Of a DNA stretch of 64,000 bases, positions 35,241 through 43,818 are shown in pieces. The number at the start of each line of letters is the position of its first letter. Positions within the stretch are counted from its first letter, which is position 1. The notes below the pieces were generated by a model. That model saw nothing but the letters and a program-made list of their open reading frames with translations. It was not told where the DNA came from and did not search any database. Made by a program: the position numbers and the translations under genes. Origin of the DNA: a virus (taxonomy: Duplodnaviria; Caudoviricetes); the IMG/VR virus record IMGVR_UViG_3300020365_000001; one strand, given 5' to 3'.

Positions 35241-35954
35241 ATGTATAAGGGAAAAAGCACGTTATGTGTCATTCCGGCACGGATGTCGTCAGGTAGATTC
35301 CCTGGCAAACCCATGGCGCTCATCAATGGCACCCAGATGGTCCTGAGAGTGGCAGAAATTGCATCTAGGTCAAAGTATGTTGACAACGTTGTAATCGCCA
35401 CTGAGGACGATTCTATCGTAGATCTGTGCTGGGAGGCAGGTTATGATGCTTTGCTGACAAGTAAGCACTATACATGCACACATCGTGTTGCTGAGGTAGC
35501 AGCACATCAACCATACGATTACATCTTCAATCTACAGGGTGATGAACCACTCACTAAACCTGAGTGGATAGACGAAATGATTGCCTATGGTATTGATAAC
35601 GATGTTGATGTATTGCAGAGTTCACGAAGATTAGAGGATGGAGAGATCGAAGACGAAGATGTTGTCAAAATGATAGAGAATAACGGTAAGGTTATTCATA
35701 TGCAACGCTCACCTGATGTGGTGTGTGATAATATCACGGTGCAATTAGGATTATATTTTTATAGACGAAGTGTTATTGTTGATTTCCCTAATTGTGACAT
35801 GACCTTTGTCAAGTATTGGAAGGGTCTTGATACTATTGGATTTATTGGTAAATATGATGTAATACCATACGATCTAAAGTGTGGTAAAATCAGAGCAGTT
35901 GACCGTGCCTGGCACATCCAAGAGGTAGAATGGTTGTTGAACCTGAAGAACTAA
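35241..35954 (+). CDS. kdsB: CMP-KDO synthetase-like cytidylyltransferase
   Basis: IPARMSSGRFPGKPM, IATED, THRVAE, NLQGDEP, VVK, GLYFY, AVD motifs. Confidence 0.85.
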   Translation: MYKGKSTLCVIPARMSSGRFPGKPMALINGTQMVLRVAEIASRSKYVDNVVIATEDDSIVDLCWEAGYDALLTSKHYTCTHRVAEVAAHQPYDYIFNLQGDEPLTKPEWIDEMIAYGIDNDVDVLQSSRRLEDGEIEDEDVVKMIENNGKVIHMQRSPDVVCDNITVQLGLYFYRRSVIVDFPNCDMTFVKYWKGLDTIGFIGKYDVIPYDLKCGKIRAVDRAWHIQEVEWLLNLKN

Positions 35955-36793
35955 GAGTTGCAGCAGATATGCTCAGCAGTGCTACCAACGTGGCATTGCT
36001 GGGCACTGGTGGTAATCTTGCCATTGCACAACACATGGCAAGTGACATTTACCGTCACATGAATAAGTTCTGCTTTGCACCAGACAGTGTGAATCAGACT
36101 GCACTGGGTGGTGATTATGATTGGAAGATTCCCTGGTTAGATTATGCTGCTAAGTCAGCAGATCTCATCATTCTTATCACTTGCAGGATACAATCACCTG
36201 CTGTATATGCTGTTGAAGCACTAGAAAAAGAATGGCGTAGATCACCACCATTCAGAACTCATGTGCTTATTATTGCACCAGAGAAACACGAATATCTTCC
36301 TACATTGGTGGTTGAATCTAATTTCTATCACGAATTTGAAGTATTTGCAATGATGTCCATCTATAACATGATGGAAGAGTGTGGTGTTGAGTTACCAGCA
36401 CTACCACGTCATGCACCTACAAAAGATATTAGTTCACGATGTGATGTATATTGTGTTGATATTGATGGCACACTGACTGAACCACATGATGGTGATCCAT
36501 GGAACGCAGTACCACGAATGGATCGCATTGATAAGATCAATAAAATGTATGATAACGGTGCTACGATATATCTACAAACTGCACGTGGATTTATCGTTAG
36601 TGCACAGAGATACCCTGATGACCCACAAGCACAGCAACGTAATGCTGACTACCTTTGTCGCAGCAGGACTGAAGCACAGTTGAAAGAATGGGGAGTAAAG
36701 TATCACAAACTATTCTTTGGTAAACCACGAGCATCAGTTTATGTTGACGATCGTGGATCACATGATAGTGAGTTCTTTGCTTTACTAGAGTAA
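35930..36793 (+). CDS. SIS (sugar isomerase)-like domain fused to a HAD phosphatase
   Basis: GTGGNLAIAQHMASD N-terminally; VDIDGTL, TARG, FGKP, YVDDR C-terminally. Confidence 0.8.
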   Translation: MVVEPEELRVAADMLSSATNVALLGTGGNLAIAQHMASDIYRHMNKFCFAPDSVNQTALGGDYDWKIPWLDYAAKSADLIILITCRIQSPAVYAVEALEKEWRRSPPFRTHVLIIAPEKHEYLPTLVVESNFYHEFEVFAMMSIYNMMEECGVELPALPRHAPTKDISSRCDVYCVDIDGTLTEPHDGDPWNAVPRMDRIDKINKMYDNGATIYLQTARGFIVSAQRYPDDPQAQQRNADYLCRSRTEAQLKEWGVKYHKLFFGKPRASVYVDDRGSHDSEFFALLE

Positions 36794-37762
36794 ACTAAAC
36801 TTCTTATAACCCTCTGATGTAGGTGTTGCCTCTAACATCTGATGATCAATCCACTCATATGCATCATAGTATTTCTTGATTGGTGTGAACATCTGCAAAT
36901 GATGTAAGTATCCCTTCTCCAACATATCCTTATGCAATTCATGTGGAGGTTTGAGTGCATCTAAACCTAAGAAGTTATTGACTAACCATGCTCTATCATG
37001 GATGTCAATATCATTCCATCGTTCTGTCCAGTGGAAGAATGTCTTTTGTTTATCTGTGAGGAAATCATATCCCCACTTGAGATGAAATAATACACGCTCA
37101 TAAGTGCGTTCCATCTCATTAGCATTCTTGGTTCTATAGTTTATAATCTTATCGTACAGATGAATCTCTTTACCTAAGAAAGCAGCGTAATATAAATCTG
37201 TTCCAGGCCATGGAATATAAATGTGCTCATGTTGATGTAACAATCGTGCCAGAGTATATTGTCTCATCTCTGGATCTGTTAGTGATACTAACCTTGATCC
37301 TTCCGGTATTCTGAGTTTAGTCCAGTCTTTCCATACATCACACGACCTGAAAGGTACAAGGAAAGTGATAGGTTTAGGTGCAGCATCAATAGCATCCTGC
37401 ACATTACTATATTCAGCGTCTCTAATTGTAACTTGATCATCGCGGGGTAGATAGAATAAAGAACCCTTAGGATCAAACTCCTCTGTAACAGCAATTACAC
37501 CAAGTTCCCACATAAATGGGCATGTTCCATAGTATGGTTTGACAGTAGCAAATTTGTTACGACGAATCTTATCATAATGAAATCTAGACCAGGAATACAT
37601 TAGATCACTGTCAAATGTATCCTTCTTAGTATATAATAAATCTGTTCTTCCTATTGCTTCTCGACACACACCCGGTTGAATTCCAAACATAAAAAAAGTA
37701 TCTGGGCGTTGACCCAGATACCGTGCCATACTATGATGCCACTTATCAGACTGTTGTGCCAT
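36785..37762 (-). CDS. Hypothetical protein, possibly glycosyltransferase-like
   Basis: 325 aa; GTDLYYAAFLGKEI resembles a GT-B-type C-terminal motif (weak). Confidence 0.5.
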   Translation of the reverse strand: MAQQSDKWHHSMARYLGQRPDTFFMFGIQPGVCREAIGRTDLLYTKKDTFDSDLMYSWSRFHYDKIRRNKFATVKPYYGTCPFMWELGVIAVTEEFDPKGSLFYLPRDDQVTIRDAEYSNVQDAIDAAPKPITFLVPFRSCDVWKDWTKLRIPEGSRLVSLTDPEMRQYTLARLLHQHEHIYIPWPGTDLYYAAFLGKEIHLYDKIINYRTKNANEMERTYERVLFHLKWGYDFLTDKQKTFFHWTERWNDIDIHDRAWLVNNFLGLDALKPPHELHKDMLEKGYLHHLQMFTPIKKYYDAYEWIDHQMLEATPTSEGYKKFSLL

Positions 37763-37767
37763 TTAGA

Positions 37768-38172
37768 CTATGCCATTCCACCACCGAACTGTCGGTCAAC
37801 ACCATCTGTAGTAGAACGATAATAACCAACGTGCTCAGTCTTTTCAATCAGGATAGAGTCAACTTCATCATCAGTCAACATACCTTTCTCAAGCAACAAC
37901 TGAACAAGACCTTCAGTTGATACTTCAATGGAGTCACTATAATATGGTGACCACAGTTCATGGTGAGCATATTCTTCAACTACACCAAATTCTCCGGCAA
38001 GTGCACGGTTATAAAGAAGACGTGAGTGCTCTACAACATCAGTAGGAGAGCAAGTATAGGGCAACCATTCTTCATCAAGAGGAGTAAAATCAACCTCAAG
38101 GTTGATCATATTCTTCTCAGGATTTGCCCACTTGGGATTGCGTGCTGCTGCGACTTCGTAATTAGTAGCCAT
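37768..38172 (-). CDS. Tail fibre assembly chaperone-like protein
   Basis: RNPKWAN...INLEVDF...PYTCSPTD...ALAGEFG. Confidence 0.7.
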   Translation of the reverse strand: MATNYEVAAARNPKWANPEKNMINLEVDFTPLDEEWLPYTCSPTDVVEHSRLLYNRALAGEFGVVEEYAHHELWSPYYSDSIEVSTEGLVQLLLEKGMLTDDEVDSILIEKTEHVGYYRSTTDGVDRQFGGGMA

Positions 38173-38197
38173 GTCTTTGTGTATCTCCTATGATTGA

Positions 38198-39007
38198 TCA
38201 GGAATAGCGCAACCATAGAGTTGCAGAGTATGCAACCGTAGTGTTTACGGTCACAGAGTTCACAGTAACGTTGACTGATGCTGTGCCGTTGATAGTCATA
38301 TTATCAGTCGGGATGTTACCAGCAACGCTCAGGTTATCAGTAGGAACGTTACCTGCAACGCCAGTGTTATCTCCACCCACGTTGACAGAACCACCAACAC
38401 TCAAGTTATCAGTAGGAACACCTCGGTTCACGTTATAGGATCCACCTTTACCACCTTGAATGTTACCAGAAACATTCACGTTGGTGTTACCCTGGATGTT
38501 ACCACCTGAAAGGTTACCACTCAAGTTACCCTGGATGTTACCGCCAGACAATGAAGTATTGCCTTGAACATTACCACCAGACAGTGACAGGTTACCACTT
38601 GGGTTTGCCTGGACGTTACCAGAACCACTACCGGAACCAGTACCACTACCAGAGTTGACTAGGGCAGCACCCGAGTCATAACCCATACACCGCCAAGAAC
38701 CAGACGGTGTTGTGTTAGATACTCGACCAGTGGCGTCGGAATAACGTAACGAGGAACCTGCCAGTGTATCACCAGGATCATATTGTGTATTACCTGACGA
38801 CTGCTGCATGAAGGCATATGTGCCAACATCACCAACAGAAGCGTTAGCGTTGATAGCAGCAGTCAGAGTAATTGATGCCGTGTTGATGGCACTAATCCTC
38901 TTATCAGAGTCAACCGTAATAACGGGGACAGCAGATGATCCACCGTATGTACCAGCAGATACGTCTGTTGTTTGGTTTACGTTTGACCCAGTACCGTATA
39001 GAGCCAT
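38198..39007 (-). CDS. Tail fibre tip/adhesin-like protein
   Basis: VGTYAFM, AGSSLRY, GSWRCMG ... ATLWLRYS with a Gly/Asn-rich insert; TAAATA at 39035-39040. Confidence 0.7.
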   Translation of the reverse strand: MALYGTGSNVNQTTDVSAGTYGGSSAVPVITVDSDKRISAINTASITLTAAINANASVGDVGTYAFMQQSSGNTQYDPGDTLAGSSLRYSDATGRVSNTTPSGSWRCMGYDSGAALVNSGSGTGSGSGSGNVQANPSGNLSLSGGNVQGNTSLSGGNIQGNLSGNLSGGNIQGNTNVNVSGNIQGGKGGSYNVNRGVPTDNLSVGGSVNVGGDNTGVAGNVPTDNLSVAGNIPTDNMTINGTASVNVTVNSVTVNTTVAYSATLWLRYS

Positions 39008-39067
39008 TGATTTATCGGTCTCCTATCGTAAAGTTATTTAGGTGAACAGAGGAATGAGCAATAAGAA

Positions 39068-42000
39068 TTAGACTTCTTCCATCAGGAATCGGAATTTCTT
39101 GCCACTGCGACGGTTAGTAATATATAGATGCTCTTCACCTTCTTCAATCAAGTAAGAACCCCAAGTGCCATCAATGCTGTTAGGACCTTTTGCTTCGTTG
39201 CTCAGATCCAAGTCAGAACTGTAGACATTTGCCCAACGGGTGCTGGATGAACCCAGATCCCTAGTGCCATTTGCATTAGGAATAATGTTCCCGGACATTG
39301 TTAGTGTGCCGGAGAATGTGTCAGATGTATTAGACCTCAAGAAATTACCAGAAGTAATACCATCCAAAGTGTCAGCATCCAGACCTGAACCAGCACCATC
39401 AACTGTCTTGAGAAGTGTCAAGATTTCACTAGCAGTCTGATCAGCAGTAGCACCAGACTCAATACCATCTAGTTTAGAACCATCAGATGCAACATCACGA
39501 CCATCAACAGTTCCAGAGACCGCGATATTACCTGATACTGAAACACCACTGGTTGTGGTTTCAAATTTCTTGCTTCCATTTTCATACAATTCTACCGAAC
39601 CACCAGAAATAAACTTAGCAGAGTAAGAGAATGAATGGTTTGATATTGTTGTTGTGTTGTTATTGAGAATTTGAATATCATTACCATTAGAACTATCAAT
39701 CTCAACTTTTAGATTGCCAGTGTCATTATGAAGGATTGAATTTGATCCATCATGGTACACATGGAGATCGCCACCTGAACCAAACCTTGCCTTTACGTCG
39801 TCATTGAATGTGAGATTACCAGAGGTCTTTGTGTCTCCAGTATCACTACGCAAGAATGAACCGCTAGAAACGCCATCAAGCGTATCAGCATCCAGACCTG
39901 AACCAGAACCATCCACGGTCTTGATCAGTGTCAGGATCTCGGCAGCACTTTGATCGGCAGTAGCACCAGACTCAATACCATCTAGTTTAGCACCATCAAC
40001 CGAAACATCACGCCCATCGACAGTCTGAGAACCAGACATGACGATGTTACCAGTCATCGTACCACCAGCAAGAGGCAGTTTGGTAGCAATGCTGCTGGTG
40101 ATAGTGGTAGAGAAATCACTATCATCACCCAGTGCCGCTGCCAACTCATTCAGAGTGTCAAGTGCACCAGGAGCACCGTTGACAAGGTTATTGATAGAAG
40201 TATCAACGTATGCTTTGACCGACTGTTGAGTAGGAACCTTGGTGGAACTGTTACCAGACATATTGTCTTGATCGGTAACAAAACTCATCGAAGCAGTGCT
40301 AGTATCACTGTTCATCACAGCGCCAGCAGCATTCACATTGGTAGCATCGGTTACATCAGCACCAGATTCAATACTATCCAGTTTGGAACCGTCAGATGCA
40401 ACATCGCGACCATCAACTGTACCACTTACGGTGATATTGCCAGTAACATCAAATCCACTCCCAAGGAAGGAAGAAACTATGCTGTTATCAATAGTAACAT
40501 CAACAGTTGAACCACTGCTGCCAGCATCACTTGCGGTAACACTAGTATCACCATCCGCAATCGAAGTAGTATCAATAGAGGTGGTACTTGCACTAGTAAC
40601 AATACCACGGTTGTTTACCGTGATGATGGGAATAGCAGAACTAGAACCATAAGTACCAGCACTTACACCAGAGGTGGCAAGTTTGCTGTTAGCAATACTA
40701 CCTGCCAACTGAGCATTGGTAATCGTACCAGACAGTGAACTAGTAGGATAGTTAGTAGCATCCGACAGATCAAATGCTGGGGTAGCATCAGAAGCACCCA
40801 AAGCAAGACTTACACCACCATAAGATACGGTGCTGTTTGACAGCAAAGAGTTGCCAATACTACCAGCAAGTTTAGAGGCAGCAATACCTCCTGCCAACTG
40901 TGCGTTAGTAATAGTACCAACCAGACTGCTAGTGGGGTAATCAGTAGCATCCGAAAGATCAAATGCCGGAGTAGCGTTAGAACCACCCAAAGAAACAGAA
41001 ACACCGCCAAGGGAGATGCTGCTGTTAGACAGCAAAGAGTTACCAATACTACCAGCAAGTTTACTAGCAGCAATACTGCCTGCCAGTTGAGCATTAGTGA
41101 TGGTACCAACCAGACTGCTGGTGGGGTAGTTAGTGGCATCAGCAAGGTTGAATGCTGGGGTCAGATCAGATGCACCCAGTGCCAGTTCAACACCACCATA
41201 AGATACGCTATTGTTAGCAAGTTTGCTGTTGACAATACTACCTGCCAACATGGCATTGGTGATACCCAGTGATTTGACACTGAGTTCATCACTTGAAAGT
41301 TGGATAGAAGAATCATCAACGTTGATGGCAAGAGATACTGAACCACCCAAAGATGCAGTACCACCACCACTCAAACCATTACCAGCAGTAACACTAACGG
41401 TGCTGTTAGACAGTTTGCTGTTAGCAATACTACCTGCCAACTGGGCATTAGTAATAGTACCAACCAGACTGCTGGTGGGATAATCAGTAGCGTCTGACAG
41501 ATCAAACGCAGGAGTAGCGTTAGAACCACCCAAAGAAATAGAAACACCGCCAAGGGAGATGCTGCTGTTTGCAATGTAAGCATTAGCAATAGCAGTACCC
41601 TGCCACACACCAGAGGCGATCGTGCCAACAGATGTCAGGGAAGAGTTGACAACACCAGAACCAAGTGTGGTAGCACTCAGAACAGAAGCATCAGCAATCT
41701 GGAATGTCTTACCACTTACAAGATTGACGTTCTCGGAGAACTCCCACTGATCGTTATCGTTTTGCCACAGAATAGTGTGGTCAGAGTCTCCCTTCAGGAT
41801 AACACCACCACCATTGGCAGAAGTATCAGAAGGAGAAGAAGTAGCACCCAGTTCAAGGTGCTTGTCATCGACCGAAATTGTGGTCGAATTGATGGTAGTT
41901 GTGGTACCATTGACTACGAGGTTACCACTGACCGTCAGACCAGCACCAACCACAACACCACCACTCAGGGTGATGTCATCCATCGTAGCACGACCAGTTA

Positions 42001-42865
42001 CATCTGGAGTTGCAATGGTAGGACTCGTACCAAAGACCAGAGCACCAGAACCAGTCTCGTCAGTTACGACAGAACGGAAGTTGGAACTAGAAGGAGTTGC
42101 CAGGAAGGTGGCGACGTTGTTAGCAAGACCAGCAACACCGGTGCTGATCGGAAGACCAGTGGCATCAGCAAGGTTGAATGCTGGGGTAGCATCTGAACTA
42201 CCGAGATCAACAGAAACACCACCAAAGGAGACGCTATCGTTGATCAGTTTGCTGTTAGCAATACTACCTGCCAACTGAGCATTGGTAATAGTACCAACCA
42301 GACTGCTAGTGGGGTAATCAGTAGCATCGGAAAGGTTGAATGCTGGTGTTGCATCAGAAGCACCAAGATCAACAGAGACACCACCAAAGGAAACGCTATC
42401 GTTTACCAGTTTGGAGTTGGCAATATTGCCTGCCAACTGGGCATTGGTGATCGTACCAGTCAGGTCACTGGTTGGTAGATTACCACTAAAAGTTGTTGCG
42501 GAAAGTGTGCCGCCACTGAAAGTCAGTGCAGAATCATCTTGAAGTTCACCACCAGTACCAGCAATCACCACACGACCAGAAGTCAGGTCGCCAATCTGTG
42601 CACTAGCAGCAGTAAGACCCGCCGACACATTTACGGTGGTTGCTTTGAGGAAGGTAAGAGTAGAGATCCCAGTGATTCTCTGGTTCGATGCTGTTACCTC
42701 ATCATAAGAAAGATCACCAGTGACTGCAAGATCGCCCAGGACCGAAAGGTCTCCGAACATGCTAACATCAGCGGCGAACGTAGACACGCCAACGTGGGAT
42801 GAAAGACCAGCAATAACCTGCTGATTCTTTCCACCAACCTTAGCTAGTTCCCTGGCTCTTGACAT
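39068..42865 (-). CDS. Long tail fibre protein with internal repeats
   Basis: 1265 aa; repeats of GTITNAQLAGSIANSKL and DGSGSGLDADTLDG; ATAAATA at 42898-42904. Confidence 0.85.
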   Translation of the reverse strand: MSRARELAKVGGKNQQVIAGLSSHVGVSTFAADVSMFGDLSVLGDLAVTGDLSYDEVTASNQRITGISTLTFLKATTVNVSAGLTAASAQIGDLTSGRVVIAGTGGELQDDSALTFSGGTLSATTFSGNLPTSDLTGTITNAQLAGNIANSKLVNDSVSFGGVSVDLGASDATPAFNLSDATDYPTSSLVGTITNAQLAGSIANSKLINDSVSFGGVSVDLGSSDATPAFNLADATGLPISTGVAGLANNVATFLATPSSSNFRSVVTDETGSGALVFGTSPTIATPDVTGRATMDDITLSGGVVVGAGLTVSGNLVVNGTTTTINSTTISVDDKHLELGATSSPSDTSANGGGVILKGDSDHTILWQNDNDQWEFSENVNLVSGKTFQIADASVLSATTLGSGVVNSSLTSVGTIASGVWQGTAIANAYIANSSISLGGVSISLGGSNATPAFDLSDATDYPTSSLVGTITNAQLAGSIANSKLSNSTVSVTAGNGLSGGGTASLGGSVSLAINVDDSSIQLSSDELSVKSLGITNAMLAGSIVNSKLANNSVSYGGVELALGASDLTPAFNLADATNYPTSSLVGTITNAQLAGSIAASKLAGSIGNSLLSNSSISLGGVSVSLGGSNATPAFDLSDATDYPTSSLVGTITNAQLAGGIAASKLAGSIGNSLLSNSTVSYGGVSLALGASDATPAFDLSDATNYPTSSLSGTITNAQLAGSIANSKLATSGVSAGTYGSSSAIPIITVNNRGIVTSASTTSIDTTSIADGDTSVTASDAGSSGSTVDVTIDNSIVSSFLGSGFDVTGNITVSGTVDGRDVASDGSKLDSIESGADVTDATNVNAAGAVMNSDTSTASMSFVTDQDNMSGNSSTKVPTQQSVKAYVDTSINNLVNGAPGALDTLNELAAALGDDSDFSTTITSSIATKLPLAGGTMTGNIVMSGSQTVDGRDVSVDGAKLDGIESGATADQSAAEILTLIKTVDGSGSGLDADTLDGVSSGSFLRSDTGDTKTSGNLTFNDDVKARFGSGGDLHVYHDGSNSILHNDTGNLKVEIDSSNGNDIQILNNNTTTISNHSFSYSAKFISGGSVELYENGSKKFETTTSGVSVSGNIAVSGTVDGRDVASDGSKLDGIESGATADQTASEILTLLKTVDGAGSGLDADTLDGITSGNFLRSNTSDTFSGTLTMSGNIIPNANGTRDLGSSSTRWANVYSSDLDLSNEAKGPNSIDGTWGSYLIEEGEEHLYITNRRSGKKFRFLMEEV
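40680..42470 (-). repeat. ~51-aa coding repeat units
   Basis: About six copies of SVSxGGVSxxLGxSDATPAFxLxDATxYPTSSLVGTITNAQLAGSIA, with high DNA identity. Confidence 0.85.
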
Positions 42866-42907
42866 GGCGTATTATCGTACAAGTAATTCGATAATATTAT
42901 TTATCTT

Positions 42908-43738
42908 CTATTTCATCCTGACTCGGAAAGCGATACGTTGAGTCATTTCACCAGCATCTGCTTTTGGTGGTAATGTCATGTGAGTCTGATGATGTGGGTA
43001 AACAATCACCCTACCAGGTCGATTACCTATGATTTGAGAAGGCCACCCGATGTCATAGTTGTGCTTCCAATGCTTGGCACCAGTTACAGTGTCATCATAA
43101 TATAAGAAATCACCACCCCAATCGGGTCGCCATTGTCTATTACTAACATACAATACTGTATAATATCTATCAGACTTGGGATCAACATCTGCACTGGAGT
43201 CCTTGTGCATTTGTCCAATTCGATTACCAATCGGTTGTGATGAAATTGGTTCAGCACATCTCGCGTTGAGATATACTCTCCAACCTTTCTTCATCTCATC
43301 AGCACTGACATTATATTTGTCAGCAAACTTTGTATTATTCTTGAAGTCTTTGGGATGACCACCCAGACCAGCAATATTTTCTGGCAATCCTTCTACTTCA
43401 GCACCATTATCAAATACTTTATCGTTGATAATAGTCCACAATTCATAGATGTTAGGATATCTGATTTGTAGTGATTGCTCACCCCATGCCATTGGGAACC
43501 TGTACATCGAGAACCTTAGTAGTTCCAATATACCCATAGGTCCCATTGCCTTTGGTATGAAGTGCCGACCAGCATGAACCCCATCTTCTGCTGGAATATA
43601 TTCGGACATTGATTCACCTGCCCTCATTAGAGCAGTACGACCAACCCATTCTTGATACCATGAAAGGGTTTGGCAGTAATTGTAAATGTTATCTGATAAA
43701 GTATGGGGAACTATGTCGTCATAGTACTTAGCGTACAT
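42908..43738 (-). CDS. 2OG-Fe(II) oxygenase (prolyl-hydroxylase-like)
   Basis: HKD, WRPDWGG, PGRVIVY..H, QRIAFR. Confidence 0.85.
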   Translation of the reverse strand: MYAKYYDDIVPHTLSDNIYNYCQTLSWYQEWVGRTALMRAGESMSEYIPAEDGVHAGRHFIPKAMGPMGILELLRFSMYRFPMAWGEQSLQIRYPNIYELWTIINDKVFDNGAEVEGLPENIAGLGGHPKDFKNNTKFADKYNVSADEMKKGWRVYLNARCAEPISSQPIGNRIGQMHKDSSADVDPKSDRYYTVLYVSNRQWRPDWGGDFLYYDDTVTGAKHWKHNYDIGWPSQIIGNRPGRVIVYPHHQTHMTLPPKADAGEMTQRIAFRVRMK

Positions 43739-43818
43739 TATAATCTGTTGCGAGGAACAACAGGGACATTATTCAGTTAGAGCACCACTATTGGGAGTTG
43801 CGCCATGTCCCTTTATTA

